Shown: piece by piece, positions 11,685-23,433 of the stretch | Layout of the letters: each line of letters begins with the position of its first letter | Position numbering within the stretch: the stretch's first letter is position 1 | Origin: Atractiella rhizophila | Taxonomy: Eukaryota | Length of the DNA: 64,000 nt | Reading direction: 5' to 3' | NCBI GenBank assembly: GCA_021432655.1 | Contig: MU271310.1 | Location: 1-64,000, forward strand | Made by a program: the position numbers and the translations under genes | The notes under the pieces: generated by a model | Database searches by the model: none | Seen by the model: the letters and a program-made list of their open reading frames with translations, nothing else | Told to the model about the DNA's origin: nothing

Positions 11685-14352
11685 ATGGCGGACATTGATT
11701 CGCAGGTAATCCAGCTTGTGGATATGGGAATCGATCCCACAAGAGCTCGAGATGCTCTGACGGCAAGTTCTTACTCTTGCTGCGTCCTAGGTGATAACGA
11801 GCAGCTGTGTGGTTGCAGAAGTGCGGAGGGAACGTTGAGCGGGCGCTAGACCTTGTCTTCAACTCCAATCTCACGAATGTTCCCGTAGAGGAGGTCCCTG
11901 CATTGGAAGAAGCGAATGGGTCCACGAATAATTGGCCGGTTACGCTTTACAATCAATCTGGCTGGCAATATCCCTCCGATGTCATTCAAGTAGACCGTGA
12001 GGAGGAGAATCGAGGTCGTGGGCACACCCCCAATGACTTTACCCTCCCGCGTGGATCATCGCATGAACTTAATCCAGAGCAGCTCAAAAACGCGCTCAAG
12101 CAAGTGGATCAAAATACTGGCGGTTGGGGAACGCCTAGGGACCATACTTGGGACAGCAACAAGGCTTCTCCTCCTGGTTATTCCGCATGCTCCTTTGTTT
12201 TGAGCTTGATGTGTATGAACTGACTGGCTGATGGATAGATTATGTCGGAAGAGGACCAGATTAAGCAAGCATTGGCTATGTCACTGTCTCAGCAGATTGG
12301 CACAGGAACCAGCAGCTCCTATCAGGACATGCCAACTCTCCAAACTTCCAACGATTTCGGCGGATGGGGCGTTTTCAATCAAACCGGACAGACAATGCAA
12401 TACGGAGATTGGGGACATTCACCACAAATACAACATCCACCAGCGGCTGAACGCATACGCAGCTCCACATCGAATCCGATAGCTGTACGGCACACTAACG
12501 ACAATTTCAACACATTTACAGCATTTGTCACCTGCCTCTTCCGACTTAAAAGGGTTCGAAAGCTCTTTATTGAGATGGAGAGCTTAAAATCGGGTAGCGA
12601 ACCTCCCACTCCCATCGTTTCGTTGTACACGGACGGCGAAATGAATCTAATGGATTTTGGCGCAACTTCGGAGACGAAAAATGAACTGATCAGAAGCGAG
12701 AGCGCCATGTCCCTCGATCAGGAAGTCGTGGCTATTGAGGATGTTGCAGATAATACTGGCCCAAGGGCAACGGTGCAACTAAGAGACATCGACCTCGAAG
12801 GTTACTGGAAAGGGGAAAGATGGGTTGAAATCATGGGTGGATTCCGTAATCACGAAGCTGGTACGCATGCATTTGTTCCTGCTGAACCCTACTGAACAGT
12901 CAACAGCTCTGCAGCTTCTCTTCTCCATGATGTCTGAATCCTTTCGTTCATATCTAATTATCGACCCACTCCCTGAGTTCCTATCTCTTGAAGAAAGCAC
13001 AGCAAGAACACAGTCTCCTTCCGAGTTTTGTCGAGACTTAGCTTTGCATTTTAGCCAAGGCATCGAAGCCTATTTTGAACAGAGGAAGAAGAGTCTTGTT
13101 GAGAAAGGAATTATGGACGAAGAAGTATCTATCCGAGAGCTGGACATAGAGCGAACGTGCGCAATCTTTTTAAATCTAAGAACGCCTGCATGATCGTGTA
13201 TTTCCTTCAGTCGCGTTTTGAGCTTGGGACTTGACCACGATCCCAAATCAGTAGACCCTCCCGACTTGAATCCTGTCTTCCACCTTCATATGCCCTTCTT
13301 ACCGACCAGCTGCCCGGATCTCTCCACTTACCTCGATCGCTACTTCTACCAGAATCCACCTGAAGAGGGATTTGAGCATCCCTACCTTTACTCGGTGGCC
13401 GATCACCTCATTCTTCCAATCGTGAGAGAAGCTCTACCAGCTGGCACCTGGGGTTGGGGACAAGACTATGACCGCACGATCCTGAGTTTCCCGAAGGTTC
13501 TGAGGGTGGACAAATACCTTTATGACAATAGGGAGCAAATTATGGAGTGCCGAAAATCGCTCACAGTTTTCGCGCAGAAGGAAGAGGCATTGTTGAAGGA
13601 ACAGAAGGACTTGTCGACCCAGGACGTGAGCCTTGCTCCGATGCTCAGTATTAGCTGACAGTCTATAATAGGGGAAGAACTGGTCGGATTGTTTACAGCG
13701 TTTAGCAGATTATTTTACGACTTCTGAGGCAGCACCTGAAGAAGAGGAACGCGGCAAGTTTCACCAGGAGGCGAAGGAGGTTTTTGAAAAGATGAAATCT
13801 GTAGTCGAGCGGCGCGGAATAGGCATGCTTTTCACAACCGTCGAGGATCGAGACTTACATGTGTGAGCAGAAATTGACGAGGAGATTAAGCAGATTCAGC
13901 AGAACAAGAGCACAATTTGGGAACGGGATGTTTTTCATCAGCACGACCCTTATGTTCTGGAGGCTGTCCTGATGCACGATGGTGGAAAAGAGCGCAAGTC
14001 TGTGTGGTCTTACGTGAGGGTTATCAATGGCGAGGAAGAGCAATGGTGGCGCGTCGATGATCAAGTTACACCGGTGAGTCAAGGATTTCTGTTTGTGATG
14101 ATAACTCATCTATGTTCAAGGTTGACGAAGCACATGTTTTTACGGATCCTGCGGGTTTCGCATTGAATGCTGGAACGTGCATGCTTTTCTATGGACGAGA
14201 AAAGATCGAATCACTCGACATCGCAATACCACAGAGAATTAGGGTAATTCTTCTTTTCATCGCTTTTCTTGGATAATCAATTGTTATAGGCGGCAATCGA
14301 CACGGATAATGCGCATCTTTACGCCGAGATCGAGCAGGAACCGCAGGATTGA
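11685..14352 (+). CDS. UBA + UIM protein with a degenerate USP (peptidase C19) domain, USP25/28- or Rup1-like pseudo-deubiquitinase
   Basis: UBA: IQLVDMGIDPTRARDALT|KCGGNVERALDLVF. UIM: SEEDQIKQALAMSL. His-box-like: PYVLEAVLMHDG...WSYVR...WWRVDDQVT...GTCMLFY. Confidence 0.75.
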
Positions 14353-14851
14353 CATCATTCACCTCTGTACAGGACTGTAGCATAGGACTTTGTCTTTTTT
14401 TGAATTCAGTATCAACAATGGGCTAACGTGGTGACACGTTACATTTGTTCAGGACTTTCTTTTCATCGTAAGCTTGAGACGACACCATTTGAAGCTACAA
14501 TGTAAAAAAACAAGGGACATGAAGAGGTACTCTCAACATGTGCTAGGTTATATGAGAACAAATGAATAACTAACTCACTTCTACAATTGAAAGTGAAGAG
14601 ACGACATAAAGAGATGCGACAGATGTCGGGCGATGATGAAAACAAAGAAACTTGGAATGAAGTGGGAGTATTCACAAGTTTTTGAGAGATGATGAGGGCA
14701 CAGAAATGAAGTGCGGCTAATGTGACAAATCTATGGAGGCAGAGCGCAGACAGAGACAGACATCATGATGAGAATTGAACAAAATCAAAGAGACTAAAAT
14801 TGTGAACTGAAACACAGTAGCTTGCGAAAACGAAACGTTGCATGAAGGTGA

Positions 14852-17800
14852 TCAATGGGAATGTTGGCTCCTGGTAGGAACAACGCGATTGGGAAACAAG
14901 CCCTACAGCAATATGTCAGCAAAGGTCTATATTGTCGAAGCACAACGAACGAGATTGGCTGCATTTTCTTTGGACCGAGCCTTACGCCTCTACACTCGAC
15001 CGTCAGACGAATGCACTGATATTGACTCAACTAGCTTACCATGTTATCCGGAGCAGGGAAAGGCTATTAAGTTGTAGTGAGCGACTCTTTTCTCCAGTGG
15101 AAAGAACCACACTCACCTCCGGCAGCCCAACCATCGGACCAGAAGAATGAAATACCTTGGGTCTAAATTCGACCCTCTCGTCCATAACCTGCGAGTTTCG
15201 AAATTTGGCAATTAAAGCCTCCTTCCCTTGAATAGATGCATAGGAAGCTAAACAGATCTTGTCGGACGAGAAAACGCCCCTAAAATTAAATTACGAGCAG
15301 TTCATCAGTAAAGCATACCAAAGAGTGGAGAGCGCACCATTTCACACCCAGTTTAGCACGACAGAACCTCAGCAGGGAATCGATATCAATGAAGTTGATA
15401 AAACCGTAACCAACATTGGCTTTCGATCTGAAATCTACTCTGAGATAAAGAAAGTCGTATTTTCTGGGCACCACTTCGTCGACGAATGACATTAAATCGA
15501 TATCCGTCATTCTGTTGGGAACATTCTTGATCATCAAAGTCAGCCTGGTATCGAGACCTTTTTCTATTTTATCCAAATCCAGAATATTGCGCTCAGGGAT
15601 AGAGTCCGCTCGTAAAGAACCGAATGGTGTCCTATAAGTCATAGACGCATCCGGGGCTAGAGCAGCCTGAGGTTCTTCTCTAGGCAGGTCTCCGCAATAA
15701 GGCAGACTTGGCGCATCACAGCGACAGGGGGAACCCGCAAGGGGAGACGCCTGGTAGATCTGAGGTAGTCTGGCAAGACCAGTGAAGTCTGTGAAGCTTG
15801 GTGAGAGAGCCATATGACTACGTGAGCTCATGGATGCGGCAGTGGTTGATGGGGTGGTTGATGGGGGATGTGACAATGTCGAAAGAGACGGGAGACCTGG
15901 CGGAGCCGTCAAGAGAGCGGAATTTACTGGTGAACTGGGCATATGGAGATGTTCGTAAGGCCAGGCGATATAAGACGTTGGCAGTAAATGGGTACCGAAG
16001 GAAAGATCTGGCGACTCAGTGTTCCTATTCTGGATGGACGAAGTGTCGAGTTGATACGTGACACTGAGGACCAGATTCTGGGACCCCACGAACGCCGTGA
16101 GCTTTCATCAGACAAAGGTCAAAGAAGATAATACCCCGATTTTCTTCCCGTTGAGACCGCTCAATGCCCTTTCTGCTTCCCTGTCGTCCCAAAACTCGCA
16201 GTAATACGTCTTGTTGCTTTCAGCGAGAAAAAACCTGATGTCTCCGTAATGCGACAAAAGGTTCTGTGCAGACATCAGGACTGAACAAAGAAGGAACATA
16301 ATGCGGACCTGCAACGTGTTCTGAGACCATCGAGGGTCTTCACCTCGTCCATTGATAACTAGCAATCCTTCCGACTTGGAGAGAATGGGGCTTAACCCGC
16401 CTGCTTCTAGTCCTTCTACATCCGCTCTTGCGACGAATTCGCAGCCTAAAGGATACTCGAAGCTGCTAGAAAGCTCATTGAGTCGTGGTATGGTGGAATG
16501 TGCTTCGTCAGCATGTCGAAGATCATGGAAAGAAAGGATCAGCGTCTGCTGAGACTGGAGTGCGCTCGTATATATACCGACCAGAGAGCCAAATCGCTAT
16601 TTGTTACGTGAGCGCCATAAGATGATGATAAGAAGATGCAAACAAGAAATGCCCTTTTTAAATCATCTGCTGTCGCCTGTGATTTCACATTCCAAACCTT
16701 CAGATACCTCGAGCTCTTAATTGGAGAAGGAGTCGGGAAGGCTGTCAACCCGAGACCGAAACCAGACATTCTCGTCGAAGAACTGTGGTCGGAAGTGGCA
16801 CCGAGATTGGTCTGGGCAGACCACGGCTTCGCTCTAGCTAAGAAACTTTGGAGTACCTGATTCTGGTGGGACAGGGAAGGGTGAATCGGGGAGTCCTCTC
16901 TTTGAGTTTGTTCAAGAGCCGGTGCTACAGGGAAAGGATCGTGTTTTACATTAGCCATTGTGGTTTGAGAAGTAACGTCTGGTGGAAAACTCCTGGCTCT
17001 TGGGGTAGGCGTAGCAGTTTCTAAGCTGGGTGCTCCTTTCAGCTCCGTTGGGTTCCTGATCGTCAAAGCCTTCATCCCTCGCTGAACGACCAAGGTCTCA
17101 CTTGTATCATCTCGATTCTGGTGAGGTCTCTCAGGCCACTGAGGCTGAGTTTCCATTCCCCTTCCGCTGCCGGAAAGAACGACGACATCATCTCCACCGA
17201 GAATCGAGAGACCCTCAAAGCCGCTAGAACTCGTCGTCGAAGAGTACTCCGTCGAAGCCATTGAGACCTGTCTCGAACGCTCCCTCTCCAACGTTGACGA
17301 GGTACGCTTCGATCTCACTCTCTCGCCCACCTCTTCCTTGCCAACGCTGGAGGAGCTTCTAGAGCGCGAAGCGACAGAGTTCTGAGGCGTTCCTGCGCGG
17401 CTATCGTAGCCTCCAGTGGATTGGCGAGATAGAGCAAGAACATTCTGAGGCGATAAAGTGGAAGTGACGATAGAGGACCTTCGTTCGGGTGTGAATGTTC
17501 CTTCGTTGAACCCCTTGAAAGGATCAAAGTAAAAACCGTCGCCGTAGGCTTCCCAGGAGGAGCCCCTTTGTCTGTCGAGAGAATTGCGGTCTCCTCCTTC
17601 AGATCCAGAAGAAGGAGAGGAAAACGCGTCGTCCAACTTCAAGTCTAGGTCGAGATCACTTGGAATCTTTGGGGTTGGAAGTGGCGACTCGTTAGTAAAG
17701 GAATGAGAGAACCGGAAATCGGATTCAAAAAAAGGACCCGTCAATTTAGACCCCGTGCTCGTCTTTTGACCACTTGGACTGTAATTGTTAAATTTGGTCG

Positions 17801-18146
17801 CAGAAACGTTGGACGTGTCGGGGGAGCTGTCAGTGTTGGGAGGAGAAATAGGCAGCATATCTTTGAGTTGTGCTTTCACGAGTGGCGTGATCACAGGAGC
17901 ACAAGCAGGTGTTTTCTTATGCCTTGTGAGAGGATGAGATCCATGTAAACTCGTGAGGGGGGACGTGTCTGGAGTGATGGGAGGCGTGAGTGGAAAACGA
18001 TCTTCATGACATCTCTCAATTCCAGCTCACTACTAGACGACTAGAAACGCACCATGAAGGCCAGGAGGCAAAGGAGGGTTTGTCCGTTCCTTCGCCCCAT
18101 CGAGGACGATGTTGCTAGCGTGTTTAACATTGGGTGGAGTGTTCAT
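14852..18146 (-). CDS. Mei2-like RNA-binding protein (RRM1/2 plus the C-terminal Mei2 RRM)
   Basis: RLTLMIKNVPNRMT...YDFLYLRVDFRSKANVGYGFINF and IQGKEALIAKFRNS..MDE...FRPKVFHSSGP; upstream RRMs (RYLKVWNV; YCEFWDDREAERAL). Confidence 0.88.
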
Positions 18147-18606
18147 TTCCCGAATGCAAACAAGCGTCAATCAAAGGAGTTTGATAACCTCAAGATTGAG
18201 TAATCAAAATAATGAGTAGGACAAGAAGAAAGAGTGCTGGTGGAGATCAAGGCGAAAGAATCGAAGAGAAATTTCAAGGACGTTGTGGAGGGGAGTCTGG
18301 GAAAATTTATGATCGAGAACCATTTATATTGCTATTTGCCACGACGCGTCAATTAAAGTTTAGTACAGAGTAAACAACTTTTCGGCGCGTATCGTCCTAC
18401 GTAGCAGCACTCGTATCCGTGCGCAAAATGGCTGCTTCTGCCACTAGGAGTCGTACCAAATAATTCAGGCAAAGAACCATGAATTCATTCTCCGGGCAAA
18501 ATAAAGCGTTGAACATGTTGACAAATGGTGATATAAATCCAACAGCGAACTGAAATGAAATGCTAACGAAAAATGCAACATGATGCTGTTGGGAGTGAAC
18601 ACATGC

Positions 18607-21092
18607 TTATAAGACTTCCTCTTCCGCGCTCGATAACGAGGAGAGGCTCGATGTCTCGCCGTCGTCAATGTCGTTACTGCTCTTGGGTTTTCCTGTCTTT
18701 GCTTTTGACTGAGGATGAGACGCGATTTTCTCAGATTTCGGTTTCTTGAGCGGGCTTGATACTACTCCCACATCAATCATTACAACCTGGAATAACAAGA
18801 AACTCACTCTTCGGGACGAATTGGAGGCTCTTTCTCCTTTCTCTTTCCAGCCGTTCCTTCTCCCGCTCCTCGGCTTCTTTGTTCTCTTTCTCATCCCTCT
18901 CCCTCTCTTCTAACTCTGCCAACATCTTCGGTTCATAGCTCTTCCTGCCAACCGATTTTCTGGTCCGATTCAATCCTTCTTCCTTCCCCACCTCAACAAG
19001 AAAGTCCTCTTCTCCGACTTTGGCTTGGTCCTCAGCACACTTGAAGATCCATCCGATGCCAACAACAAACGGTTTGGGATGAGGGAGCGACTTGTATTTC
19101 TTCACCGTGGCTGGTGTAGCGCATTTAAAGATAACGTGGGTCACTGAGGATGTAAACCGTGTGTTTACCCTTGCTCCAAGGCTTCGCAGTAGATCAACGA
19201 ACATCGCTCCAGCAGGATCTCCTGCTGAAGTCCTGACATCGACAAAAGCGACAACACCACTGTGTAGCCCAATCAGTTACTTCTGAACGCAGCATTGATG
19301 AGACGTACTGCAATGCATTGTTCTTCTTTCTCTTCTTCTCTTCTACATTCTTGCCTAGATCTATCTCAAAAGCCTTGCTGAGGGTCATATCTGGGTCGAT
19401 GCTACCAGCGCTTATACTCTTGGATAATGCAGTCTTTGAGAGAGGCAACATGCTGTTTCTCCCTTTCCCCGTACCAAGGACCGTTCCACTTGCTCTCCTT
19501 CCAAGTGGCGCTGGCTTTCCATCGTCCTCCTTCAAAGATACGTCAAAGTCTACAAACTTGCCGGGGCGGAAAGCTTTCTCTTTCGTCTGCTCCTGATTCT
19601 CGCTCGATGATGCAGATAAAAAGCTGGACTTTTTGATACCCTCCATCCCCTGAGGGAGGAGCGTGGCGCCAAATCCTCGACTGGTCCCCAATTTGGACAG
19701 GAGCGAATCCAGAGAGTCGAGCCTGTCGACAGTCCCGCGAGCGAGGCCGGCAGACGTATTGGCAGCCAGCTCCATTTCTCTCTCTTCCTCTTTCTCCACC
19801 ACTAATGGAGGCTCCTTCAGTTCAACTTTGCTAGTGGAACCCTTGGACTTCTGATTCGGGACGAACGAAAGCGTGGTTTGAAGCAGCTTCGGCTTCACAT
19901 TCACATGTTGGGCAGAAGCCGATCGTCGTTGACTTCGCCTTAAGGAAGGAGCAGGACGTGAAGGAAAGCTGGGCTTTTTTGGTTTATTTTGTCTTGTCAG
20001 AGGCTGAACGATGGATTTGCTGTCGCCGACTGCTGGCAATATGTGAGTAGAAATCTTGACTGGGCTCGGCGGACGCAAGAGGGATGGTTTGACTGGACTG
20101 CCGTTGGCAGGATGTTGCGTTGGCGCAGGTTCGATAGGCTGAGGTTCGACAGGTTGATGGGGAGGTGGATCTCGAAAGATCTTGAGCTTTTTCCGTGGGG
20201 AGAGGAAATCGACTTCATCATCTGAACCCTGTGGTTCTATTCGTCGTATTATCGCAGTGGGAGGACGGGTGAGGCGAGTAGGAGAAGGAGGGATACAGTT
20301 GAGCTCATCGGACACTTCGTGATCATTCGCATCCTCTGGCGGAGGAGCTGAAAGGGCAGAAGGTGCAGACGGAGAGCGGCAAATGGAGAATATCTTCGCA
20401 GCCTTCACTTCCACTTCCTTCTCTTGCTCTGGCTTATTTCCCGAAGAAGATGAAGTAGTCTCCAAAGCGTTCGTCTGAACTGCCTGCGACTGTTCTAACA
20501 CCTTCTCCAAAGCTGCATCTCGACCCTGCAGTGGATCTTCAGCAGAGTCGGAGGTCTGTTTACTCCGCTTCTTCAGAGGGCTAGGGCTTCTCCCAATCGC
20601 TCCAAACTCAAGGGAGTAGTTTGACCAATCGTCGCCTTCCTCCTCAGACCCTCCCTCCATATCTTCTCTCCTTCGCTTCCCGGGACTCACGATTGCTCCC
20701 TTCTTAGGGGAAAGAGACATACTCCCAATCTCTGGCAGCGCATCCTCCTTCTCGCCCTTTTCCTCTTTCAACGCCTGAATCCTCGCCAACATTTGACGAC
20801 CGCTGGCATGTTTGTTGGTCGCTGGAGTGGCAGCGACTGGAAGTCGGCGAGCAGTGACTGGCAATCTAGATACGGAGGCGGTTGGCAAGGGATTGTGCTG
20901 TTGAGGCGTTTGGAGTCTGGCAGCGAGTCCCTTGCTCCCTGTAAGCGTCTGTAGTCGGATCGGCAGCTTCTGTATCGGTCTGCCATGATGGACTGGTGTC
21001 TTTGGTGGGTTTGCGACTGGAATGCGTGAGGGCGTCTGATGGGGCAGATTGGGCGGAGGGAAGCTGGGCAAGACTGGAACAGTGGCAGGCAT
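18607..21092 (-). CDS. Large disordered protein with a C-terminal BRCT domain (microcephalin-type)
   Basis: GVVAFVDVRT...FVDLLRSLGARV...VTHVIFK...VVGIGWIFKC BRCT pattern, preceded by ~600 aa of low-complexity sequence rich in S/T-P sites. Confidence 0.8.
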
Positions 21093-21289
21093 AGTTGGTG
21101 CGAGGCGAGACTCAGCCAGCTTGGTCGATTTGTTGTCACCAAACGCGGTTGATGATGAGGGTTAATGAGCGAGATCGAGTCACCTGACTTTTCAGGTGCA
21201 GTAGTATATTCTGTCAATCTCATATTGCGTTCTAAACCAAATACAATTTGTCTGTATAATAACACAAGACTGAGTAAATTCATAGAACA

Positions 21290-23247
21290 TCAAGCAAACC
21301 CAAATCCTTCCGTGCCTTCATTGATGGCCAACAACAGGGCTTTCCTCAAGCTCTCATAACTGTCGTAACTAGGCAGGTCGATTTCTGTACCAAACAATGT
21401 GTCGGCGTACGCTCTTCGCAAATATTGGACATGACATAAGAAACTTACGGTTGAAACATGTCTGTGTTCCGTTGTCAGCCAATTTTCACTTTTCATAGTG
21501 CAAGAACATACATGAGCACTAGGTAACACATCCTTTGTATGTGCATTCACGATCGTAAACTTTGTGGTACCTTGCACCCCTTGCAATGCTCCAAAACCTG
21601 TATACGGAAACCTCAGCCACCCTTCTCCTAACAGCTGCAGAGGAGAGGGGGAGAACGAACCTTCCAACGGCACTCGACTGCTCCCGGTCACAAATTGCAA
21701 CAATTTGGCCTTCTCCTCTGACGAGAAAGAGCGGACTGCGCGCCAGAAATAACCCTGTCAATTCGCAGCATCAGTGACTATTCCATCCCATCCTCGAAAA
21801 GAGAAGAGAACGAGGGGGACGCACAATCACCGGATCGGAGGCTGAGATATTATGCAGCTCTGTGTTCGCACGCCATTCATCCACATTGATATCCGGCAGT
21901 CCAGAAATCAAGAGCTCTGTGCATCATCAACGCACTTTAGACGATAATCCTGGCGATCGTAAATTATAAAGTGCTCACGCAGTTCGGCAGGCGTAAATAT
22001 TCGGATTAAATCGGCGGGAATGATATCATGGAAGCCCTGCATGAACGCTCCAATCTGCTCCTTGATCTCATTTGTCAGTCTTTGCTCCGCAATCAATTTC
22101 AAGTATTCGAGCTTGTTCGAATCCGTCACTGGGATATTGCGTCCGTTAGGGATGAGATCGATCACTTTGACTCGCCCAAACCTGCCTTCAGTTAATCACG
22201 CCGTTGCGAGGAACATAAGAAACAAGGAACGCACTCCTCGTATTCGATACAAAAGGTATTATCTAGCACCCCTTCAATCGGATTATCCCTCATCCACTCC
22301 AAGCTCTTATAATAGTCGGGATCCACACTCTCCAGATCGCTCGGGTCGACTCTAATCCCCAGCATGTGCTTGTAGAAGCTCCTTGTAAAATAGGCATCCA
22401 GGAGTCGTCCGTCGTAGACCGCTTTACCGATGATCCGACCGACGAATTTGAAGAAGCTGAGATGTTCTGGATTGATGGAAGAAGTGGAAGAGGGTTGGTA
22501 GGTCAGACGGTCGGAGGCGCATGGGCGGAAGAGGGCGTAGTTTGGATTGAACATTGACTTAGCGAGGACTTGGAACCTAGATTGGATCATCTGTCAGCGT
22601 AATCCTCGAGAATAAGTTGAATATCGAGACCATTCTCGCGTGACTCCTCCAGCGTCGACTGTTCCATTCCATCCAGTTCATCAGCCGCGGTTGAAGAAAA
22701 CAATGATTGGAGGAACGGACACACCTCCTTCTTCGCTATAGAACCTCACACTGAGTTTACCAAATTTGATTTCCTCTGGACTCCTCCTAATAAGGGCATG
22801 AAAGGAATCTTCGAATACAAATTGCCTTCTAACATTGACGGGAAGGGTTCCGTGGTGCTCTCGCATTCCCGGCGTGCGCTTGTGAAGCTGTTGATTGAAG
22901 AACGAGCGCTTGTTGTCAAAGTCGAGAGCTGAGGGATTGTGAATGAGGACGGAGAAGGAGCCTGACATGAGACTCTGATTGCCACGCAGTTGGCACACGT
23001 TAGTTGGAGCAGTGAACAGAGCAAGGAACGCATACTGGATTGTTCCGTATCAGAGCGTTGAGGACGTTGCGATGATCTGTCGTGAATTGGAAGAATTGCT
23101 TTTCCATTGGATTTTGGAGTGCCGTGTCCCTTGCTGCAGTGCTCTCATTAGCTTACACAGCTGAATATAAAGAGTTGAGAGCTCGCCTTTCGGGGAGAGC
23201 GCGTTGATGGTGCTCATACTGGTGGAGGAAGTGCCTGTGGTGGCCAT
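21290..23247 (-). CDS. HECT E3 ubiquitin ligase resembling only the Tom1/HUWE1 C-terminus (~450 aa)
   Basis: HRNVLNALIRNNP|SLMSGSFSVLIHNPSALDFDNKR, EEGVDAGGVTREWF, FFKFVGRIIGKA, LLQFVTGSSRVP, LPSAH|TCFN|QIDLP, GFGFA*. Confidence 0.88.
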
Positions 23248-23433
23248 GATGGCTATTTCTAATCCTCATCAGTTGGATCGATGTGCCAGTATCTGAGAGC
23301 TGACTTAGCGAGCTATAATAAGGGCCAACTGTCTGGATGCTGCAAGCAAAGGAAAGAGGCAAGAGTGAGTCTGTGTGCAGAGAAGCCTACCGGAAGCGAC
23401 GACAACGACAACTTCGCTGCCAGAGGCTTCGGC

